In this document: one piece after another, positions 7,792 through 15,305 of the stretch
How the letters are laid out: every line of letters begins with the position of its first letter
How positions within the stretch are numbered: the stretch's first letter is position 1
DNA from: an archaeon
GTDB taxonomy: Archaea > Nanobdellota > Nanobdellia > SCGC-AAA011-G17 > GW2011-AR17
Assembly: GCA_018692925.1 (NCBI GenBank)
Contig: JABHLH010000002.1
Coordinates: 1-32,000 of the forward strand
Reading direction: 5' to 3'
DNA length: 32,000 nt
Notes under the pieces: generated by a model
Database searches by the model: none
Seen by the model: the letters and a program-made list of their open reading frames with translations, nothing else
What the model was told of the DNA's origin: nothing
Translations under genes and position numbers: made by a program

Positions 7792-8122
7792 ATGAATAAA
7801 AAGATATTATTTTTAATTTTAGGCGTAATGGTACTTTCTATTGGAATGGTAAGTGCAGAAACTTGTGCAACAAATGCTGACTGTGCTGATGGATTATATT
7901 GTGATAATCAATTTTATTATGATACTTAAATATTCTTGTGAAGAAGGACAGTGTTTACAAAAAGGATTGTTAGGTAAAAGAACTCCTCAAATTGCAAGTT
8001 CAGGAAAAGGTTTCGGTGCTGCAGAAAATGAAGGTTTCTTTTCAAAAATCTGGGAATGGTTATTCTGGGGTAGATCTGATTCTAACTTAGAAACTACTGA
8101 AGTTGTAGAAACTACAGAATAA
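7792..8122 (+). pseudogene. Third member of the Cys-rich secreted family, interrupted by a +1 frameshift near 7915..7929
   Basis: ATG at 7792 with GGAGG at 7778..7782. It encodes MNKKILFLILGVMVLSIGMVSAETCATNADCADGLYCDNQFYYDT and then TAA at 7927..7929. The next frame (track ORF 7853..8122) continues KYSCEEGQCLQ... It ends with AAENEGFFSKIWEWLFWGR, which aligns with the C-terminal tail of 282..2069. Confidence 0.6.
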
Positions 8123-8137
8123 ATTTTTTTTATTTTT
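8123..8137 (+). terminator. Oligo-T tract after the + strand gene
   Basis: An A followed by T-runs of 8 and 7, separated by a single A, starts directly after the TAA at 8120..8122. This is the archaeal-style oligo-T termination signal. Confidence 0.4.
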
Positions 8138-9517
8138 TTATTTAAATTTCTCAAACAAACTATCTACAAAATAACAAACTTGATTTCCATCCATTAAAAG
8201 AACACAAGGGTCATTTGTTTCGGTATAATTATATGCTAACAACAAATCATTATTCAATCTATCAATATAAGATTCATCAACAGAACTAATTTCAACACAA
8301 CCTTCTCCAATTAAAATATAATCTTCATCTTGATATACTACTGGGAATTCACTCATAAAACTTTCATTGAACATATACTCAGGTTCTCTAGCATCATATT
8401 TGAACAACATATAATATCCTTCATCAATATAATAAGAGACTAATTCTTTTCTTGGAAATACTTCTGCAGCTCTTTCATTATAATTAAAGCTTACCCATAG
8501 ATTTGTTTTCAAAGCACAATTCTCATCAATACTTAAATCATCATAATCAGTATTAACAAATTTTCCAGAAGAAAAAACAAAAGCAGTACTAACTAAAGTC
8601 AAAATAATAAAAGCAAGAAGAATAAATTTCTTCCATTTAATTTTTTTCAAAGCATAACTTGCAAATATAGCTCCTGGGATTGTAAAAATCATAAAGTATC
8701 TAACTATATTTGATTTCAGATTATACACAGAATAAAATGACAGAGCTACAAATCCAAAGATCAGCAAATATTTCCTATCTATTCTTTCTTTCCAAACAAA
8801 ATAAATTAAACCAATTACAACCAAAGGAATTAAAAAATTCCAAGCATAAGCAAAATTCATATAATCAATACTGCTTTTAATATAATCTCTATAAACAACA
8901 TTCAATGCTACTGAACTCGCAATACTATAAAAAATATTTCCATAAGCCATTTTATTGTAAATAAACCATGGAACAAATACTAAACAATAACTTAAACAAC
9001 TCAAAATAAAACTTCTAATTTTTTTATGGAATAACAAGAGAGGTATAAATATTACAAATGTGTATCTTGTCAAACATGCTAATCCTAAGAACAAACCTGC
9101 TTTCCAATCATTCTTCAACAAATAGACTAAAAACAGTCCTAACAAGCTCAAAGCTAATAAATCACTTCCTTCAATTAAACCATAAACTAAAACAAAAGAA
9201 TTCAAACTAAACAAATAAAAAACAAACTTGTCTACTCTAAAAACTTCAGCTAATTTTACAGAGGAAAAAAAGAATAAACTAGACACTAATATAATATACA
9301 GATACTCAGCAACTTTCCAACTAAACATACTAAACAAACCAATAATCAAACTCATCAATGGTGCTCTTTCAATTTCAAAATACATTCCATTTCCAAACCA
9401 ATATTGAGCATTCAGGACATAAACTGAAAAGTCCCATCCCATATATTTAAAATGCCAAATAAGAAAAATAATTGTAGATACAATATACAAGCTTAATAAT
9501 TTATACGAACTCCGCAT
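8138..9517 (-). CDS. GT-C fold membrane glycosyltransferase-like protein (PMT_2/ArnT-like)
   Basis: 459 aa with about 10-12 TM segments followed by a ~130-aa soluble C-terminal domain. The first-loop region WDFSVYVLNAQYWFGNGMYFEIERAPL resembles the acidic-loop ... PPL pattern of GT39/GT83-type enzymes. Confidence 0.45.
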   Translation of the reverse strand: MRSSYKLLSLYIVSTIIFLIWHFKYMGWDFSVYVLNAQYWFGNGMYFEIERAPLMSLIIGLFSMFSWKVAEYLYIILVSSLFFFSSVKLAEVFRVDKFVFYLFSLNSFVLVYGLIEGSDLLALSLLGLFLVYLLKNDWKAGLFLGLACLTRYTFVIFIPLLLFHKKIRSFILSCLSYCLVFVPWFIYNKMAYGNIFYSIASSVALNVVYRDYIKSSIDYMNFAYAWNFLIPLVVIGLIYFVWKERIDRKYLLIFGFVALSFYSVYNLKSNIVRYFMIFTIPGAIFASYALKKIKWKKFILLAFIILTLVSTAFVFSSGKFVNTDYDDLSIDENCALKTNLWVSFNYNERAAEVFPRKELVSYYIDEGYYMLFKYDAREPEYMFNESFMSEFPVVYQDEDYILIGEGCVEISSVDESYIDRLNNDLLLAYNYTETNDPCVLLMDGNQVCYFVDSLFEKFK

Positions 9518-10163
9518 CGATCAATTCCTTCAACTCTTCATAGCTAACATATCCTTCTCTTTTAATATCATCATTAATAATCATTGTAGGTGTATCTGTA
9601 ACATCATAAAACATTTTCATAGTTTCAATTGCTATATCATCTTCTAGATCATAATTAATAGAAAAGACATCTACTGTACTATTACTTCTTGAAACGATCA
9701 TATCTAAAACATAACCTTGTCTTTCAGATTCAGAATCATCTTCTCCATAAAAGAATAATATATAGTTCAAATCCATTTCACATTCTTCATTCATATGATT
9801 TACTAAAATATAAGTTTGAATTTCTAAAAGAAAATATCTTCTTGCTAAATATTCATATTCTGCTTCTTCAAAAATACTTTTATCTGTATAACTATTCAGG
9901 TACTGTCCAAGTTCAACTAGTTCTGTAGATAAAGAATTTAATCTTTGTTCAGCAAATTGACAATTATCTCCTCCAAATTCATCCCAGAAAGCTTGTTCAA
10001 TAGATAAACTTTCAGCATCTAATTCATTTCCTTTCAAATCGTCTAATATTGAATCAGTCCTAATATTATCTAAATTCCATCCTAAAAATAAACCTGCGAT
10101 AAAAACCATTAACGTAATTAACAAACTTGTTACAAATGCCTTTCTTGAAAATTTTCTTACCAT
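9501..10163 (-). CDS. Membrane-anchored thioredoxin-fold-like protein lacking CxxC
   Basis: 220 aa with N-terminal TM FVTSLLITLMVFIAGLFLGW. The C-terminus YDVTDTPTMIINDDIKREGYVSYEELKELI resembles the end of DsbA/thioredoxin-like domains. The position where CxxC is expected (ILFFYGEDDSESE) has no cysteines. Confidence 0.35.
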   Translation of the reverse strand: MVRKFSRKAFVTSLLITLMVFIAGLFLGWNLDNIRTDSILDDLKGNELDAESLSIEQAFWDEFGGDNCQFAEQRLNSLSTELVELGQYLNSYTDKSIFEEAEYEYLARRYFLLEIQTYILVNHMNEECEMDLNYILFFYGEDDSESERQGYVLDMIVSRSNSTVDVFSINYDLEDDIAIETMKMFYDVTDTPTMIINDDIKREGYVSYEELKELIDAEFV

Positions 10164-11395
10164 TTTTTCTTTGCTCTTATTACTTCTTTATAAAATGCTG
10201 TCATCCAATGCATTCCTCTAACAAACGGATACAGTGTTAAATATACTACCAATGCTTCTGGATATCTCCATCTCTCTTTTAAGTTTTTATGTGCTTGATG
10301 ATAGATAAATAATGCTACACCAAAGGAAATAGCTATAGGGAATAACAAAGTAACATTCAAACTTAATATTATATCTTTAATACTTGGCCAAGTCCATGCA
10401 AAATAGTCCATTCCTACAATAGCAAATTTATCTACAAAATATATAGCTTTTTTGATTAGTGCATATGATAACAAACTAAACATCAACAAAACAGTAACAA
10501 CTGATAAAATATTTAATGGGTATTGAAAGGTCCCTAATAGTCCATATTTTTTATTCATTACCATTCCCTTGTATTTATTTGTATTGTACAAAAAACCTCT
10601 AAACCATCTCACTCTCTGTCCCCATAACATTTTAAATGAATCTGGAACTTTTGTAAAACTCACACACTCCTTTGCAATTTTAATTTTATAACCTTTATAC
10701 CTTAATCTCATAGCAATCTCTAAATCCTCAGTAAAATTACCTTCATCAAAACCACCAAACTTATCCAAGAGATCTTTTCTATAGATACTCAATGCACCTT
10801 GACTAATATGTAAAGTATCAATCTTTGACATTAAAGTTCTTGTAAAAGTAGCAAACATATATTCTAAGTGTTGGAGTTTTTCATAAATATTTGTAGGCTT
10901 TGTAACTTTTATTGTACTAATCACAGCTCCTACATCTTTATCATCAAAAAATGGAATAATTCCTCTAATAGCATCTTCCATTACAATAGAATCAGCATCA
11001 ACACAAGCAACATATTTTCCTGTAGCAAATTTTAATCCTTCATTGAAAGCATGCGACTTCATATGTCCTTTTTCATGTTTCATATTTACTAACTTAATAT
11101 TATGTTCCGAAAAACATCTAATTAATTTATTTGCAACTTTTTCAGTTTTATCTATTGATCCATGATTTACAATAACAATTTGTATTTTTTCTTTAGGATA
11201 ATCTGACATTGCTATAGAATGGACTGTTTTCCACAAACCTTTTTCTTCATTTCTTGCAGGTACAACAACAGATACATTTGGAAATTTTTCTGAAAGAACT
11301 TTCCTAGGTTCTTCTTTAAAGAATACAACATGCAACCAAAAAACACCAATATACAAACTAACAAAAGATACGATCCAAATAATCCAATTCATCAT
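10157..11395 (-). CDS. Processive family-2 glycosyltransferase (PgaC/NodC/hyaluronan- or cellulose-synthase-like)
   Basis: 412 aa. N-terminal TM, a GT-A core with VDADS and TEDLEI (TED), the QRVRW (QxxRW) signature, and 3-4 C-terminal TMs. The ATG overlaps the upstream stop (TAATG at 11393..11397). Confidence 0.8.
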   Translation of the reverse strand: MMNWIIWIVSFVSLYIGVFWLHVVFFKEEPRKVLSEKFPNVSVVVPARNEEKGLWKTVHSIAMSDYPKEKIQIVIVNHGSIDKTEKVANKLIRCFSEHNIKLVNMKHEKGHMKSHAFNEGLKFATGKYVACVDADSIVMEDAIRGIIPFFDDKDVGAVISTIKVTKPTNIYEKLQHLEYMFATFTRTLMSKIDTLHISQGALSIYRKDLLDKFGGFDEGNFTEDLEIAMRLRYKGYKIKIAKECVSFTKVPDSFKMLWGQRVRWFRGFLYNTNKYKGMVMNKKYGLLGTFQYPLNILSVVTVLLMFSLLSYALIKKAIYFVDKFAIVGMDYFAWTWPSIKDIILSLNVTLLFPIAISFGVALFIYHQAHKNLKERWRYPEALVVYLTLYPFVRGMHWMTAFYKEVIRAKKKW

Positions 11396-12792
11396 TAGCC
11401 TTCAATCCTCCAGATATCTACTCCTTTTTCTTCATAGATCTTATTAAAGTCTTTCGTATATTGAGCTACAAATAGGAGTCCTTCTGTCTCATAATCCCAT
11501 ATTTCATCCCTATACCAGTCATCTACCCAAATATAGCTAACATTATATTTTTCTAAAATTTCTTCAGAATCTTCTAAATTTCTTAGATAAAATACATTTT
11601 CAATATCTTGATATCTTTCTTCTGCATCACTTACAAACAAATAATTTTCATCAATAACATTTTTGTGTCCAGCATAATTAATCCAAACTCCTCTACTATA
11701 ATCTGATAAGATAACAACTTCATTATGTTGTGATAATAAATCTACAGCTTCCATAATCTCTGTATTAGGTAATGCTTCAATTATTTGTATTTCTTGTGAA
11801 GCTCCTGAAAAAACAACACCTATTAAAATTAACAATAAAGTAACTCTTCTAAAATATTGTGAGCTCCATCTTCTTTTAATTAAACTTAAAAATCCTAATG
11901 CTGCAAAAAATATCAAAAATATATTGAAAAAGATTAAAGCAGTTTGAAAAAAGTAAGACAGTACAAATAAGATTAAAACTGAAAAGAAGACAAATAGGTT
12001 TTCATATTTTTTACTCCATAAATAAATAAATCCCATTATTGCCAAAACAAATGTAAATATTGCTACGCCTAAATTACTTCCAAAGTCAAACAATAATTCT
12101 TGAAATAAACTAAAATTAACTTCTTTATTAATTTCAAATAAATTAGGCAATCCTGTATTATAAACTATAACTGAGAAATATATAAGACTAACAAAAGCTC
12201 CTACATAAAATAATCTTAAAAAATCTTTTTTCCTATCTTTCTTCCATGCAAAGGAATATAGTCCTAATATTAATAACAAGAAAATACTAAAGCTAATACT
12301 AAATAGGGGCATAACTGCAATTAATACATAATTTAGTTTTTTCCATTTATTCTTTACAAATAAATAAAAGATGCTTAAAGAGATAAAGAAAGGCATAAAA
12401 ATTGTATTTGCTGAGCTAAAAAGATAAATATAAATTGGTGAAAATATAAAAAAGATTGATGCAATATTAACTAAAGCTTTTTCTTCAACAAATTCCTTTA
12501 CAATATTTCTAAATACAAAAATACTCAATACTCCTAATATAATAGGCAATACTAAAGCTAAAAATTCTGGTGCTGGGCTTAATACTAAAGGTGTTCCCCA
12601 AGAATAAGCTGCAAACCTTCCACCAAAACTCAATGGATCAAATAAACTTAACAATCCTGCCAATCTAATATTCAAATAATGTTCTGTTCCAAAAGGTACT
12701 TCTCTCAAGAGTTGTATAACTAACAAAATTAGAAATCCTATTACATAGGTTCCATTTTCAACATAAGACTTTGTAAATACTTGCTTCTTCAT
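11395..12792 (-). CDS. STT3/AglB-like GT-C membrane protein with degenerate WWDYG region
   Basis: The track ORF starts at a TTG (12798); the first ATG is at 12792. The first-loop motif TEHYLNIR...DPLSFGG aligns with STT3 DPWFNYR. After the last TM, EAVDLLSQHNEVVILSDYSRGVWINYAGHKNVIDEN aligns with the (V)VxWWDYGYxIxxxxxRxxxxD region, but WWDYG is replaced by LSDYSRG. Confidence 0.5.
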   Translation of the reverse strand: MKKQVFTKSYVENGTYVIGFLILLVIQLLREVPFGTEHYLNIRLAGLLSLFDPLSFGGRFAAYSWGTPLVLSPAPEFLALVLPIILGVLSIFVFRNIVKEFVEEKALVNIASIFFIFSPIYIYLFSSANTIFMPFFISLSIFYLFVKNKWKKLNYVLIAVMPLFSISFSIFLLLILGLYSFAWKKDRKKDFLRLFYVGAFVSLIYFSVIVYNTGLPNLFEINKEVNFSLFQELLFDFGSNLGVAIFTFVLAIMGFIYLWSKKYENLFVFFSVLILFVLSYFFQTALIFFNIFLIFFAALGFLSLIKRRWSSQYFRRVTLLLILIGVVFSGASQEIQIIEALPNTEIMEAVDLLSQHNEVVILSDYSRGVWINYAGHKNVIDENYLFVSDAEERYQDIENVFYLRNLEDSEEILEKYNVSYIWVDDWYRDEIWDYETEGLLFVAQYTKDFNKIYEEKGVDIWRIEG

Positions 12793-14224
12793 TTTCAAAC
12801 ATTAATTCAAAACAGGTTTCATCATTGATATAAACCAGTTCTTCAACATCAAACATCTCCTTACTTTTTTCTGAAAAATATAAATAATCTACACTATATT
12901 TATTCAAAACTGTACCTGCATTAATTAAAGATTCTGTAGTATATATCTTTTCTACATCTAAAAGTCTATCTTCTGCATAGAAAAATTGTGTATCTATTAC
13001 ATTGGCTCTATTTGCTATATATGCAATCAAGTTTCCTTCATACACATTTCCTAAAATAACACTATCTTCTTCTGCATATATACTTGCCCAAGTTAAAACA
13101 TCAACTTCTCCTTGACTAACTCCTTCATTAATAACCACTTCTGCATTACTTATTGAAGGCACAATTAAACTAACTAGACTAATCAAAATTAATCCCCATA
13201 CAATATAACTTGTATACTTTGAAATTTTTGTTAAATTTAAATAATCTATAAACCAATTTATACTAATTGCTGAAGTTATACAAAAGACTACAGCTAAAAT
13301 AATCAATCCATATTCAAATGCTATTAATTTCAATAATAACAAAGTAAACGAAGATAAAATAATTGCACTAACTATATTTATTGCTGTATTTCTCCTCGGT
13401 GCTAAAATCATTCCAGTAACTCCTAATAATAACGGGATAAACCCAATTATTGATACTGTTTCAAAAACATTAAAATTTTGGAATAATGATCCATATAATT
13501 CAATTGGAAAATTTCCCCAAACAGTAGCCAAACCAATATCCAAATAAATATTTTTAAAGAAAATCAAATTTACTAAAACAAATAAAACCATATGCATACC
13601 AATAGCTTCTTTTATTTCTGTTTTTAGTGACATGGATTCTGCTATCATAATTATTGCAAATATTACTAATGTAAACAACATTAACAAGTTCAATGGTTCA
13701 ATCATAATATATACAAATGATAAAAACATAAACAATCCTTTTCTATTTTTTATATCTAAGAAAGTATAAATTAAAAGGAAAAACAAGGGTACTGACAAAC
13801 TTAAAATAGAAATTTGATTTAATGTATTTTTTATAAAAATTGGAATAAATGCTGCTAAGATCGCTGCAAACAAAGCTGTTTTTTTATTCTTTGTTATATC
13901 CTTTGCTAATAAATATACAATAAAAATTATACTACTTGCAAAAATTGCCGGAATTACTTTGTAAGCAAATCCTTGACTTAAAAAAAGATCCCAAACTGCT
14001 ATAAAATAATTAAAAACATTTGTATTCAAAATAACATTTCCTCCATAACTTAGAGGATCATAAACTAAAGGAACAAAATTACTTACAATATATTCAGAAT
14101 GTCTCAAACTAAAATATGCATCATCACTACTAAAAAATGGAATTTTATATTCATAAAAAAGTCTAAAACCTAGACTAAGTAAAAATACAAAAGGCAGTAA
14201 TAATTTTTCTAATTTGAATTTCAT
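12758..14224 (-). CDS. STT3/AglB-like GT-C membrane protein with degenerate WWDYG region (paralog of 11395..12792)
   Basis: The track ORF starts at a TTG (14242); the first ATG is at 14224, 7 nt after the scpB stop. The first-loop motif SSDDAYFSLRHSEYI...DPLSYGG is present. The post-TM region LTWASIYAEEDSVILGNVYEGNLIAYIANRANVIDTQ occupies the WWDYG position without the motif. Confidence 0.5.
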   Translation of the reverse strand: MKFKLEKLLLPFVFLLSLGFRLFYEYKIPFFSSDDAYFSLRHSEYIVSNFVPLVYDPLSYGGNVILNTNVFNYFIAVWDLFLSQGFAYKVIPAIFASSIIFIVYLLAKDITKNKKTALFAAILAAFIPIFIKNTLNQISILSLSVPLFFLLIYTFLDIKNRKGLFMFLSFVYIMIEPLNLLMLFTLVIFAIIMIAESMSLKTEIKEAIGMHMVLFVLVNLIFFKNIYLDIGLATVWGNFPIELYGSLFQNFNVFETVSIIGFIPLLLGVTGMILAPRRNTAINIVSAIILSSFTLLLLKLIAFEYGLIILAVVFCITSAISINWFIDYLNLTKISKYTSYIVWGLILISLVSLIVPSISNAEVVINEGVSQGEVDVLTWASIYAEEDSVILGNVYEGNLIAYIANRANVIDTQFFYAEDRLLDVEKIYTTESLINAGTVLNKYSVDYLYFSEKSKEMFDVEELVYINDETCFELMFENEEASIYKVLC

Positions 14225-14231
14225 AGGATTA

Positions 14232-14933
14232 TTAGGATCCAAAATCTTCAGGGTCTAACTCTTCTAAATTTGAACTTTTTGAAACATCTTCTTTTTTCTC
14301 ATCTCTTAATTCAACAACTGCTTCAACTTTCTCTTCTTTTTTATTCTCTATTTCAAATCTTTCATCTTTAGCAATTTTATCAAGAATTTCTTCTTTAGCA
14401 TCTTCTTTAATTTTATTCTCTAATTTCTCTTCTTGTTTCTCAGCAATCTCTTTAAATTTCTTTTTCAATGCTTCTTGTTCTACAATATCAAAGTAATCAT
14501 AAAATTTAGAAGTTAATTTCAACATTCTTGTTCTTCCGAATCTTTCGGAGGTTACAAAATCTTGTTCTTTCAATGCTTTAATATGATCATAAGCTGTATT
14601 TCCTCTCATTTTTATTATTTCTGATTGTACAGCTGGTTGTTTATATGCAATCAAAGCTAATGTTGCTTGTGATGGTGCATCTAATTCTGAACCTGAAACT
14701 AATTTTGTTGACAAATGATTATATTCTTTTTTAATATTTAATTTATAACTATTATCTTCTTCGTAAACTTCTAATCCGCCCTCTTTATTTTTGTAATCTA
14801 AATGTAAGGCTTTCATTGCTTCTTTTACAACACCTACACTTTTAATTCCACAGTATTCTGCAATTTCATCAACCTTCATAAGTCGACCAGTCATAAACAA
14901 TACTGCTTCAATTTTATTCTTAATATCTTGCAT
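14232..14933 (-). CDS. scpB: Segregation and condensation protein B (ScpB) with Lys/Glu-rich tail
   Basis: 233 aa with two winged-helix segments typical of ScpB: KIEAVLFMTGRLMKVDEIAEYCG and SQATLALIAYKQPAVQSEIIKMRGNTAYDHIKALKEQDFV...GRTRMLKLTSKFYDYF. Confidence 0.8.
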   Translation of the reverse strand: MQDIKNKIEAVLFMTGRLMKVDEIAEYCGIKSVGVVKEAMKALHLDYKNKEGGLEVYEEDNSYKLNIKKEYNHLSTKLVSGSELDAPSQATLALIAYKQPAVQSEIIKMRGNTAYDHIKALKEQDFVTSERFGRTRMLKLTSKFYDYFDIVEQEALKKKFKEIAEKQEEKLENKIKEDAKEEILDKIAKDERFEIENKKEEKVEAVVELRDEKKEDVSKSSNLEELDPEDFGS

Positions 14934-15047
14934 ACTCTCGATAAAAGAAATCTAGATTTAAAAAGATTATGCTTATTTTCATTTATAAAAGGATCATAAA
15001 TTATAATCATCAAAACAATTATATACTCTTTATATTAATTTAATATT

Positions 15048-15305
15048 ATGAAAAAACAAGAGATCTTACAAATCTTAATGATTTTATCAATTTTAATTCT
15101 TCTATCTATTGCAGTTTACCAATTTTCAAATGCTCCTATTGAGTGTTGGGATGGTACAGAAACAGATTCTGATACTGGAGAATTAATTCCTATTGGTGGC
15201 TGTAATGCTTCATATACTTTAGTTCTTTCTAGTCTAATCTTACCTTCTCTAATTATTTTACTAATCTTTGGAACTCTTTTATTTTTTTATTATAAAAAGA
15301 ATTAA
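15048..15305 (+). CDS. Small two-TM protein with a short Cys-bounded acidic loop
   Basis: 85 aa. An N-terminal hydrophobic segment, the loop ECWDGTETDSDTGELIPIGGC, and a C-terminal TM. Its stop overlaps the convergent aRF1 stop within TTAA at 15302..15305. Confidence 0.5.
   Translation: MKKQEILQILMILSILILLSIAVYQFSNAPIECWDGTETDSDTGELIPIGGCNASYTLVLSSLILPSLIILLIFGTLLFFYYKKN

Noticed and set aside
1-8122. A diversity-generating retroelement or other targeted hypermutation system was considered as the cause of variable mature regions in the Cys-rich family
   Set aside because: The window contains no reverse transcriptase and no template/variable repeat pair. The divergence spans whole domains rather than adenine-specific substitutions.
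11395-14224. Calling the two STT3-like proteins bona fide AglB oligosaccharyltransferases
   Set aside because: The diagnostic WWDYG motif is absent in both and the C-terminal soluble domain is very short. They are therefore annotated only as STT3/AglB-like GT-C proteins.
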